Source of the DNA: a virus | Taxonomy: Duplodnaviria; Caudoviricetes | DNA length: 64,000 nucleotides | Virus record (IMG/VR): IMGVR_UViG_3300028591_000128 | Span: 42,311-106,310 of that record | Strand: one strand, 5' to 3' | Shown: positions 1 to 11,000 of the stretch, piece by piece | How positions within the stretch are numbered: position 1 is the stretch's first letter | Layout of the letters: the number at the start of each line of letters is the position of its first letter | Notes under the pieces: generated by a model | Database searches by the model: none | What the model was told of the DNA's origin: nothing | What the model saw: only the letters and a program-made list of their open reading frames with translations | Translations under genes and position numbers: made by a program

Positions 1-66
1 TCTATATTAGTATATACTTATACTTGTAAGGAACAAATATCAAGTATCCAAAAGGAGGGTTCAAAC

Positions 67-753
67 ATGTGTACAGAGAATATGGATAAGATGATTGAAA
101 AGATTAGCAACCTGCTTGACTTGGCAAATAATAATCCTAATGAACATGAAGCATTAGCCGCTGCTCTGAAAGCACAAGAGTTGATGGCTAAGTATCATAT
201 CGAACTCACAGACCTTGACCATGATGCCGGAGTAGAAATCATAGAGGAATCATGCATGGTAGATGGATCTGGACCGTCGAAGTGGAAAGCAAAACTGGCA
301 AACATTGTCGCAGAAAACTTCTGCTGTAAGGTATACCACAGGGAAGAACGTGGCATCTTCACTAAAATAACAAAAAATTATGTAGTATTCTATGGATATG
401 AGCATGACGCTAGGATTGCAAAGGAAGTATTTACGTTCCTGTTCAATACCGGTATCAAACTTGCAAGACATGAATACTATGTAGCAAAGAGATCCGGAAA
501 GTACACAAAATATGTGATGAACACCTATCTCATTGGGTTCTGTGAAGGAATCAGAGAAGTTCTTGCAAAACAGTGTACAGCACTTATGGTTGTAACACCG
601 AAAGAAGTAATTGATTCCTATAACGAAATGTCACAGGGATTTAAGACAAAAAGATCAAAAGTAACCATTGGTGGTGATTCTGGAATCTATGAACGAGGGA
701 TCCGGGATGGTAAGGATGTAGCAAATGCAAGATCCATAGAGCAGGCAAGTTGA
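67..753 (+). CDS. DUF2786-domain protein
   Basis: N-terminal IEKISNLLDLANNNPNEHEALAAALKAQELMAKY matches the DUF2786 pattern; AAGGAGG SD upstream. Confidence 0.7.
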   Translation: MCTENMDKMIEKISNLLDLANNNPNEHEALAAALKAQELMAKYHIELTDLDHDAGVEIIEESCMVDGSGPSKWKAKLANIVAENFCCKVYHREERGIFTKITKNYVVFYGYEHDARIAKEVFTFLFNTGIKLARHEYYVAKRSGKYTKYVMNTYLIGFCEGIREVLAKQCTALMVVTPKEVIDSYNEMSQGFKTKRSKVTIGGDSGIYERGIRDGKDVANARSIEQAS

Positions 754-769
754 AAGGGGTGCAAATATT

Positions 770-1363
770 ATGACGAAGAAAGAACTGTGTAAGATTTTTA
801 CAGATAAGGTAACAGAATATATCGAAAATGAATATGTAATCACTCCGAATAGTTTTTCAGGATCTGATGGAACAAGTCGTGTTGATCTTGTTAAAGATGA
901 TAGTTTTATCAGAATTTATATGGATGAAGAGCCTGATTTTGATTCTAATGTAGATAAAATTTACATTAGAGTTGCAGAACGAAAACTGATCGGAAAAGAA
1001 AAGAAAAATATCTACAATATGGATATTGTCTGGACAAAGGAACTTACAACAATTTATGAACTTAGTTTCATCACCATCGGTAAGTACAGACACCCATACT
1101 ATGTTACAGAAGAAGAATATGCGGAACTTAAAGATAAGATTGCGGAAAGAACTAAACGCAGATATGAGAAATATGCATCCGCAGTACGGAATATCTATAC
1201 ATTCCCTGATAGTGCAAAAGCAAAAGTACTTTCATTCATTCAGAGTAAACCGAAATGCAAATCTGTAAAACTGAAAGATATTGAAAAAGTTGAAAAGCAT
1301 GTATATGATGACTTCGTAACCTACAAAGTTTACTGTAGGGGTAAAACTTATGCACTTAACTGA
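770..1363 (+). CDS. hypothetical protein
   Basis: 197-aa ORF with GAAAGGGG SD, co-oriented with the previous gene. Confidence 0.7.
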   Translation: MTKKELCKIFTDKVTEYIENEYVITPNSFSGSDGTSRVDLVKDDSFIRIYMDEEPDFDSNVDKIYIRVAERKLIGKEKKNIYNMDIVWTKELTTIYELSFITIGKYRHPYYVTEEEYAELKDKIAERTKRRYEKYASAVRNIYTFPDSAKAKVLSFIQSKPKCKSVKLKDIEKVEKHVYDDFVTYKVYCRGKTYALN

Positions 1364-1406
1364 TGTAACTTGAATTTACTGTATAAAAATAGCAAAATTT
1401 ATACAC

Positions 1407-1445
1407 AAAAATAACCACTCAAATGATATATGAGTGGTTATTTTT
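1407..1445. terminator. bidirectional rho-independent terminator
   Basis: aaaaataaccactca-N9-tgagtggttattttt hairpin between convergent genes. Confidence 0.8.
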
Positions 1446-1501
1446 TATTTGTATATTTAGACGAGGGTGAGAGTTTTTCGTCTTATATTGTTTGGTGATT
1501 C

Positions 1502-3031
1502 TTAGAATACACCAAGGATCTTACCAGAAACTACGGTCTCAGGTACAGTTACCTTCATAGCATACATCGTTGCAGTTCCCTGCTGTACGGAAGCATTTGC
1601 CAGACCAATTGCATCTGTAGAAACAATCGGCATGTACTCACCATACAGAGCAGAGTTACGACGAATGTCATTGCTCTTGCAGCACATTACCCAAGTATCC
1701 GGATTGTAGTTCGGATCGCAATATACTTCAAACTGATCCAGAGTACCGGACTTGAACGGACCAACATTATCTGTAGTAGCATCTGCCTTAAAGCCATTAA
1801 TCATGCTGATGTAGGAATTTACATTCGTACCAACAATCAGACGGTTCGGCTGGCTAAGACGTGTTGCCTGATATACAGATGCAGCTGCCTGTGTCAGCTT
1901 CAGTTTGAACATATTGAGATAATCAGAAGGATATGCTGCACCAGTCAGTACTGGAGATGCATCCCAGTTGAACTGAGGCTTGTAAGATGCTACTCTTGCA
2001 AGCTCTGCAAAACCTGCCGTATTGATTTCAGCAGTCAGTTCACCAATAGCAGCTTCCTTTGCTACATCAGCAATATTGGAACCATACTCTTGCTGAGCTG
2101 CGAATGCCGCATAAATTGACCAGTAGCAAGCAATCTCATGTGCTTCTGCTACAAGATTGAACTCATCCAGCTCAAGGTAACCCTTAGCCATCTGAGCACC
2201 ATACTCATAACCATAACCACCATTACCAGGTGTTCTCGGACCTACGTTCTCGTTATCATACTGATAGGTAACCTTTACATCATTACCTGCGGCAGGTGTA
2301 AACTGACCAGAAGTGATGCTTACAAGACCTGTAGAGTAATCAATATATCCGATAGCAGTCTTTGTTCCTGCATCAACAATGTTACCATTACCATCATCAA
2401 CATAATCAGTAACATTACCAGCTGCGTTGTACTTCAGAGTTACAGTGTTCGGAAGAACAGGTGTATAAGCTACTGCAAGGTTATCTGTAATTTCAGTACC
2501 ATCTGCCATCAGCTCATTCTTAACAACACGGCCTGTGAAGTTAGGATCGATACCCTGACGGTTTACAAACGGACTAGACAGAACATCACCAGCCTTTGTC
2601 TCACCCTTTGTATTCTCAGCAATAAACTTGAAGTAAGGAACAAGTTGCTGACGAGACCGCATTGCTACAGAACCATAAACATCAAGAATAAGAAGCTTCT
2701 GAACGAACATCGGAAGCAGTTCCAGGAAGTCCGGACGAGCCATGATGTTTGTTGTGTTAGTTGCTGCTGTTACGGCAGAAGCACCTCTACGCATATTGGT
2801 CTGAAGCTGACGAGCGAACTGTCTCTGTTCAGGTGTAAGACCTGCAAGTTTTGCATTGGATACAGATGCCTTACGGTTCTGTACGGCTGCTGTGATATTT
2901 GTCTTTGCAGTAATCGGACGACGCATAGCCGGACGAGTTCCAAAAGTAGGACGAGCCTGTGCTACTCCACGAGATGCAACAATCTTACGAGTTGCAGGAG
3001 TAGCCTTATGAATAGTCTTCTTAATAGCCAT
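1502..3031 (-). CDS. major capsid protein (T4 gp23-like)
   Basis: EIACYWSIYAAFAAQQEYG...ELTAEIN and ALYGEYMP resemble gp23 motifs; basic N-terminal propeptide; follows the prohead protease gene. Confidence 0.8.
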   Translation of the reverse strand: MAIKKTIHKATPATRKIVASRGVAQARPTFGTRPAMRRPITAKTNITAAVQNRKASVSNAKLAGLTPEQRQFARQLQTNMRRGASAVTAATNTTNIMARPDFLELLPMFVQKLLILDVYGSVAMRSRQQLVPYFKFIAENTKGETKAGDVLSSPFVNRQGIDPNFTGRVVKNELMADGTEITDNLAVAYTPVLPNTVTLKYNAAGNVTDYVDDGNGNIVDAGTKTAIGYIDYSTGLVSITSGQFTPAAGNDVKVTYQYDNENVGPRTPGNGGYGYEYGAQMAKGYLELDEFNLVAEAHEIACYWSIYAAFAAQQEYGSNIADVAKEAAIGELTAEINTAGFAELARVASYKPQFNWDASPVLTGAAYPSDYLNMFKLKLTQAAASVYQATRLSQPNRLIVGTNVNSYISMINGFKADATTDNVGPFKSGTLDQFEVYCDPNYNPDTWVMCCKSNDIRRNSALYGEYMPIVSTDAIGLANASVQQGTATMYAMKVTVPETVVSGKILGVF

Positions 3032-3079
3032 AATACTATTATCTCCTTTAACTTAATATTTTATAATTTTTCTCGATTC

Positions 3080-4603
3080 TTACAATGTAACAAGGTCATC
3101 ATCATCATTATCAGAAAAATCTCCAACATCAATGAAATCATCATCTTGACTTACGGATTGTTGGGAACCTACATTAGTTGAACCAATAATAGATTGTAAT
3201 TCTCTGACAGATGTAGCCGAAGTCACACGCACATCTTCGAGGTGGACGCCAATTGCGTTTGCGTATAAATTAGCATACGCATCCTGATATTCTTGTATCA
3301 GTTTAGTTGCCGCCGACACCTCTTGTTGAAGTTTCTTAATCTTTGCATCCAGGTTAGATGTCCTACTCTCCGACTCTGTAGCTGCTGTGACGGTTTCACG
3401 TAACTCAGAACGAAGATCAGAAATGACAGAATCTTTTTCATCAATGTCATTAGCGGTGGCTTCAATCCTCTGCTTATATATAAGGTTGGACGTTGAAAGT
3501 GATTTATTTTCTTTAGAAAGTTGTTCATTTGCAGTAACTAAATTACTCATTTTCTTGTCCAACTTAATTTTTTCATCTTTCAATTTCGTGTTAGTTGACT
3601 GCATTATCTTGCATCTTTTCTTGGATTCATCAAGATCAGATTTAATAGATTTCATTTGAGACGCAGTAATTCTTTCAAGTGTTTTAATCTTTCTACTTGC
3701 AGAAGACTCCATAATAGCAATATGATTGTTCAGCATAGAAACTTCATCATTAAGTGATGCATTTATTTTTCTAAGTTCAGAAATCTCCTTATGACTAGAT
3801 TCACTAAGTTTATTAAATCTATCCCGTGAATCAGCCAGTTCATTACGTGTAGAAAGATATAATTGTGTGATCCCTTCAATTCTCTGCTCTTGAATATCAA
3901 TATCTTCAGATTCATCAGATGTATCTTCAGATGATTGTACCTTACAATTTTCAAGTTCTTTCTTCTTAGCATCAATCATCTTGTATTCATCAGACTGCTC
4001 TGCAAATTGAGCTTGAATGACATCAAGTGCTTCCGAAGAAGTGATAGATTGCAGATTTGTACGAACTGCCGCACATACTGCTTTGTATTTAGCTTGCTTA
4101 TCCGCGTCAGTGGAAGCTGCAATAGCAGTAAATTCTGGTACAGATTCCGGATATGCTGGAAATGCCACAATGTCAAATCCACGGAATACAAATGTATCAG
4201 GATCTACAGAGTTATTGTAAATATCACCTGCACCTCTTACAGAGATACCAAATTTCACTCCGGCATCAATGAATTTCTTTACAACTTGTCCTACAGGTGT
4301 GTCAACAAGATTGAATTTCCCATAGATTTTACCATTGTCATCAATATGCCCTTCTGTCATTACGATACAAGCATTACGGAAGTCCATACAATTAGGATCT
4401 TCAGGATGTCCACAGAACCCAATAAACCAACCATTTTCAATTCCTTCTGCATATTCTTCTGAAGCAAATACATTTTCCCAAACTTCACGAGTAATATCGA
4501 GACCATTCTTATTCGTGATATTAGAATCTGCACATTCACCTTCAAATGTACCTATAATTACCGGATTATTCAGATCAGCCGCTTTTACCGAACTTTTCTT
4601 CAT
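3080..4603 (-). CDS. prohead protease (T4 gp21-like) fused to a coiled-coil scaffold-like region
   Basis: NKNG..ITREVWE, GFCGHP and DTPVGQVVKKFIDAGVKFGISVRGAG motifs; long heptad-rich C-terminus. Confidence 0.85.
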   Translation of the reverse strand: MKKSSVKAADLNNPVIIGTFEGECADSNITNKNGLDITREVWENVFASEEYAEGIENGWFIGFCGHPEDPNCMDFRNACIVMTEGHIDDNGKIYGKFNLVDTPVGQVVKKFIDAGVKFGISVRGAGDIYNNSVDPDTFVFRGFDIVAFPAYPESVPEFTAIAASTDADKQAKYKAVCAAVRTNLQSITSSEALDVIQAQFAEQSDEYKMIDAKKKELENCKVQSSEDTSDESEDIDIQEQRIEGITQLYLSTRNELADSRDRFNKLSESSHKEISELRKINASLNDEVSMLNNHIAIMESSASRKIKTLERITASQMKSIKSDLDESKKRCKIMQSTNTKLKDEKIKLDKKMSNLVTANEQLSKENKSLSTSNLIYKQRIEATANDIDEKDSVISDLRSELRETVTAATESESRTSNLDAKIKKLQQEVSAATKLIQEYQDAYANLYANAIGVHLEDVRVTSATSVRELQSIIGSTNVGSQQSVSQDDDFIDVGDFSDNDDDDLVTL

Positions 4604-4631
4604 TATTATCTCCTTTCGAACACACTATGTT

Positions 4632-5003
4632 CTAAAGCATTTTCTTAGCAACACCTGCTGAAAGTCTAACAAGACCACCAACAAGTAATGTCTTAGCAAG
4701 TTCCTTTATAATTCCAGATTCAACAGGTTCGTCACCCTCACCTGGAACTACAACATCAATAGATTCATCAAGGTTTTCATAGGCTTCAAGATTCGTATCC
4801 TCAACCTTTTCAACAACTTGATCGTCTACGGATACATCTGTTGAATTATCGGTATCTATTATATATAAGGATGAACCAATATTCAACTGAATTTGACCAT
4901 CTATTGTTTCTGAAATCCCTACATCAAGGTCTTGAAGTTCTTCTATTTTTGAAAGAAGATCAATAAGTGATGCTGGTGTAAATACTATGCTTTCCATATT
5001 CAT
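4632..5003 (-). CDS. hypothetical acidic head-module protein
   Basis: 123-aa ORF with SD, directly upstream of the protease. Confidence 0.6.
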   Translation of the reverse strand: MNMESIVFTPASLIDLLSKIEELQDLDVGISETIDGQIQLNIGSSLYIIDTDNSTDVSVDDQVVEKVEDTNLEAYENLDESIDVVVPGEGDEPVESGIIKELAKTLLVGGLVRLSAGVAKKML

Positions 5004-5016
5004 TACTCCCTTCTAT

Positions 5017-8000
5017 TTATGATTGTGATCCATTTCGGATTCTAAGACCTGTAATTGTTACATCTTCCATATTGGATACAGTAAGGAAGAACTCCCAATT
5101 TGTATTGTTTTTAGGTAAGAAATCAGTATTGTTATGGTTCAACTCCGGTGTAGTTGCTAATAGTGTGTTGTCTTTATAGAATTTTAGCACAAGTTTACCA
5201 TTAGCACCTTCATCAGATTCAATCTTGAATGTAGAATTTGCAAAATAAGTTAAACCTTCTACACCTAAACTAACAAATCCTGCGTGTTCTACCGTTGGGT
5301 TAAATGTATACCAATCTGCACTAAATCCCCATTGCCCGTAATCTTCATCGGCAGTTATGAACCCAATGTACTGACTAGCATCACCTATAAGATTTCCAAT
5401 GATCCAAGAATCTGCCCAATCACGGTGATACATTGTGCAATCAGTTACATCAAATTCTACTACTGTACCGGGAACGAACAAGGTTGCAGGTACACATATG
5501 TTTTTGCCATCAGCATCCTGTATACGAATACCTGTACCTTGCACCCACTCACCTGTAGCAGGTGTTGTAGTGTTATCTGCAAATGTCAAGTTTGCAGACT
5601 GTTCAGTATCAACAAGACTAGATGTAAAATCCCAATTGTATGTCCAACTTGTTGATGTAGGTACAAATGTACCGAAAGTTGAAGTTCTCGGTGGTTTGTT
5701 TACAAGTATAGGTGTAGTTACATTCTGACCACCTATAGAATCAGTACGTGTTCCATTTGTTCCGAAGCAATATGCATCGTATTCTTCCCCTGCCTGATCA
5801 TAATAATAAGGATAATTTGCTTGATCAATATGGACTACTTGCAAACCTGTTGTATCCCAAGTACCTCCACTCCAATTTGGAAATCTGTAACCTTGCTCAA
5901 ATGCATGGTATGTTTCATTACCAACATCATCTAAGTTAGATGCACACATTCTAGTAAAGTCAGAAGAATAATTAATAAATATCCAATGATCTAATGATGA
6001 GAAGTCTAGTACACCTGGCATCGGACGATCATGACCTGAATAATTCTCTACATCATTAGGTTTGTAGAACATTTCAGAAAAATCTGTAACATCATGCACA
6101 TCCCAAGAAGATAAATCTACATTTATGAGATAATGTAAATTACTAAACATATTGGACAATGATGCATCATCAATATACCAATTACGTGCAATAATTGTTT
6201 GGAACTTCGGACTATCATTTATAATATCTGAACCAGTAAATCCGAATATTTCAGATAAACTTGTATGGTCTCCAAAACGTATGGTCATGTTGTTCCATAC
6301 AAGTTTATTTATATCTGAGTTTTGGAAGAAATCTGTGTAACATCCTTCGCCATGACTTAAACTCATTCCATGACTATCAGGTAGTATCAGCACAGAGTGA
6401 TCACTTACTGATCCGAATGAAGCACTTTCAAACATACTTGATAGGTCAGTAGATTCTCCAATGTTCCAAGAACTCATGTCAAATATGTATCCATCATATT
6501 CTTGCGAATATGTACTAGGAAGAATTGCGTTTTTGAACATTGAATCACATGTGAAGTAACCGTTATCATTAATCCATCCATCAAAATCAGTGCTAGAGTA
6601 ATTATGTAGATCACAACCTTCGAACATTCCAGAAACAGATTCTATAGAATTTATGCTCCAGTTACTAAAAATTCCTGATGGGACTTTACGATGTTCACCA
6701 GTATATCCATAACTGAACATGAATTCAAAATTGGTTACTCTACTTACATCCCAGTTTTCTAATCCATGAACCTGTAATAATAAATCAGCCAGTGATTGCG
6801 AGCTAGTTGCAAACATGTACGACATATCTGTAACACTACTTGTATTCCAGGATGAAGTGTGTAAATCATTATAGAACTCTTTAGTGGATTCAAACATATG
6901 GGACATATTCGTAACATGACTTACATCCCAAGATGATACATCCCCATATACAACTGCACCACGGAACATGTTCTCCATAGTGGTGACACTGGAGGTATCA
7001 AGATAAGATATATCTACATAAGTATCACAATCTTCAAACATACTCTCCATAGTTGTTACATTAGATGTATCCCAATGTAGCTCCGCTTGTGACCCCTTGT
7101 ATTCTTTGAATGTACTATTCATGTACATAACATTTGAAGTATCTAGATGTTCAGGAATAGGTATATCCGAACCCTCAAATGCATAGTTCAAATTTACAAG
7201 TGAATCTAGTTTCAAGTTGGATAAATCATCACCATAGAAATATCCTGTGTAATCATATTGGAATATTCCACTCATGGTAGTTACATTTGCTGTATCCCAT
7301 TCCCTGATACCGTATATGCAATGTATGTGGTCCATACTCGCAAAGGTATTGGATAGATTTGTTATGTTCTGAGTACTCTCCATATCAATACCCAGGTATT
7401 TACATGGGTTATCAGCAAACAGATTCTCTAATGATGTGAGATTATACGCATCCCAATTTCGGAATGAAATAGTTTCTGTACCATTTATTGCTGCAAGTAT
7501 GTCCTTGAAATTCTGCAAGTTAGTAAATTGCAACGGTGTATCACAATAATAAAGCCCATCGTCATAGTACACGTAAGTAGTAGGGTCAGTTGTATCTAAT
7601 GATTGAGCATGCATTCTGAATTCTTCAGCAGTTTCACCAATGGACTGGGGCTCTTCGTAGTAGTAAGACTCACTATTTTCAGGTAAGTGATACTCCAGTA
7701 CAGCTGTATCATAACCTGTTTCAAGTGGTAAGAACCTATAAGCACTACTAGACGCAGATCTTAATTGATTGATACCACTGGAACTTAATGTGACGAATCC
7801 AGAAGGTGTAGCAGGTGTAAATGTTCCAAATCCAGAACCAGCTTTCGGTTCAGCAATACCTTTACCATATGGATTAAATGCGTAATATGGGTAATCAAAC
7901 TCCCCAGATTCATACTGAGATAATCCAGTCCTATCCCAAGTACCATTCCAATTTGGGAATCTATAGGTGTTCTCACAAGGTTTTTCGTTGAACCAACAGC

Positions 8001-11000
8001 AAGGTACAGGATAGCCATTACCATAATAGTCCACATCATCCTCAGTAGCATCCGGATCTGAACAATGTAGCACGGATCCGCACATCTCATAGAAGTCTAC
8101 ACCACTAGAAATATCCCAATCATCCAATGATGAGTAATCAATGATACCAGGAGATGGACTAGCCTCATCAGGTTCTAGAGCTTCTAATCTACTAAACATT
8201 TGCCGGAAGTTAGTTATGTGTGATACATCCCATCCAGATAAATCTATTGCACATAACTTACGCCAACGTGTGAAGAAATTAGATAAATCTGTTATAGATG
8301 GATCAAATGTCCAGTTTTTAGCTTCAAAGTAGTATATATGATTATCTGCAAAGAATGCTTTTATCTTATTCAATGTAGATACACTGTCAACATGTATGTT
8401 ATTCAGCACCACTTTAGGTACGCTACATAGATCCATTGCATGTGAATAATATGTTAAATTGCTGAAATTAAATGTTGGCAATTTAATATAGAAGTTATCA
8501 GGATGTTCTACATTTAATGGAACTGCATAATATCCAGTGTCTCCTACATAAACATCCTCTGAATATGCTGGATGTATATCATCATCTTCATAGCGTGAAT
8601 AATGGTAGTAAATAGGTTTAGATGTAAATCCGTGAAACATGTGTTCTACATCTGTCACATTCCGTACATCCCATTCAGAAAGATCTAATGGTAAACAAAT
8701 ACCTCTAGCATCTGCAAACATGCTATTCATATCTTGTGCAGATGAACTTACTTTCATAGAGGAGAAATATCCAGTCTCATATTCAGATGTTGGACTGACC
8801 CATGCAGATAATGAATATGCACCTCCAGACCCATATGCTGATATACTATGTGTATCTGTATGAGTATCATAATCATCTCGTACATATACACTCTGTTTAC
8901 CTAGAACACCCTCAAGCATGTGGCTGAAGTTTACACCACCAGAACAATCAAGGTTCATCAATGCAGCACTAGCTGATGGTAACTGATAAAACGCATAAGA
9001 AAAATTGGTTACACTACTTACATCCCAGTTTATCGCATAACCTGTATATGCGTGTGGAACATAACCATTTGTCAACGCAAACGTGTAAAAACCATATGCA
9101 GATTCATAATCCAATTGAGATAATTTGTCAGTTTGATAGAACATGCCCTCCATATTTTCAAGATTGGGCGTACAATCATAGTCATCTGCATAGAAGTTTA
9201 TGAAAATGGAAGAACCATCATATCCAGTTATACTACTAAACATGTAGGATGTATCTGTAAGATATGGAAATCCACCATTGGAATTAGCATAAAGTGTTCC
9301 AGGACTCGATCCAGCATTTATATCTGCACCATCAAACATATGTGACATACTAACTGCGTATTTAGCAAAATCATATTCGTAATCATATAGCTGTACATAA
9401 GCTATAGTAGAATGATAGAACATGTAAGATGCATCTACTTCACGATTGAATGTAAACCATCCGGAATTGATACTATCTGCATCAATGTTTGCAAGCATAT
9501 ATGTTGCATCTATAGGATATGCTGATTCATGAGTAGAAGATCCAAAAATGAACTTCGCACCATTCACCAAATAATATCCCGAATGAGTATATATACCAGG
9601 GTTAGCACCATCAAACATATGACTTACATTTTCAACATTTGGTAATTCCACTGGATCAGATCCATATATATTAGAGAATTCACCATTAAATTCGGAAAAC
9701 ATATATGATGCGTCTGTTACGTTTGCCAGTACATCCATGAATGCGGAATGACCCTCTGGGATTTCGTATACGCTTCCATTGAAGATTCCATCAAAAGAAT
9801 CTACACTACCTTGGAACATCCCTTTGGTAGATGTTACATTTACTGCGGAATCTATTCCAAATAACTGCCATGTAGTATGTACATGATATGCAGGATCAGC
9901 ATTACGTCTAGTAAGTTCAGTAGATTCTCTAGATGCAAATAAGTAATCCATATTAGTTACTCTAGAATAATCCCAATCCAATAAATCTACAAACAATTCA
10001 TTTGGATTATCTTGCGGAGATAAACAAGTGTAAAATGCATTCATGACCGTATGGATATTTTCATCATCTAAGAATCCGATTGGAGTTGCCTCACAAGTGT
10101 AGAATATCTGATCTGATAATGTTGTAGTTCCTGAGTGCTCCCAATCCCCACTTACTGCGTATATAGGATATTCGTCCATTGATGTAGGAATTGTAGATGT
10201 TGGATATTGCTTAATTTCTGAAGCATCAATGTAATCAGTAGTATTGGTGAAGTCTCCACCTATGTAGTACCCAGAGTAATATCCAGTTTCCGGATTGTAT
10301 AATTGAACGATGCGTCTGAGCTTAGGAGTATAGTATCCTGAAGATGGTAATAATTCTGCGAAGTCATCAGCATATTCATTTGGAAGATATGTGTAATCAA
10401 CTCCATTAAAATGCCATTTAGTCATATCCTGTGTAATCATTGTAAGATTATAGAACGGATCTGTAGTTCTTGTGCTATAGTTTACTTCACCTTCAGCAGT
10501 CCACCAAAATATTGTTTCTGTGTCATCTTCATTTGTAACAAAATCAAGATACAGATTCTCTTCCGTACTAAATACAGTAGGGTCAACAAGATAACCTCTT
10601 TTCTCATCTGCCTGTTCAAAATAAACAGAACGACTACGAGAAGGAAGTTTCTCCAAGAATATTTTATTTAAAGCTCCAGAACTTGTTGCTCCTGTTGTAA
10701 GATAGAAATCATGATATGCAGGAGGCTCTGGAACAGGTTCAATGGAACCTTTTAGGAATTCGTTGATGCTTCCTATCTGTATCTTCCATACAACTTGTAC
10801 AACTTGATTTGTTCCAACTTTTAGTATGTTCTCTTTGAGGATCTTCCTGTTTTCTGGAACAGTCATATCCCAGTTAGATTCATTTGGAGGACCGATTCTA
10901 TATCCTGCAAGAAGTCCATTTTCACTACCAAGTTGCCAAGTCTTTTTCGACCATAGACCTGCTTCTGTAATGAACACATAATCTTTACCTTCTTCACGAA

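Noticed and set aside
2138-3181. 347-aa plus-strand ORF opposite the capsid gene, and many other antisense ORFs
   Set aside because: Shadow frames of strongly biased coding genes; Cys/Ile-rich nonsense composition and no SD.
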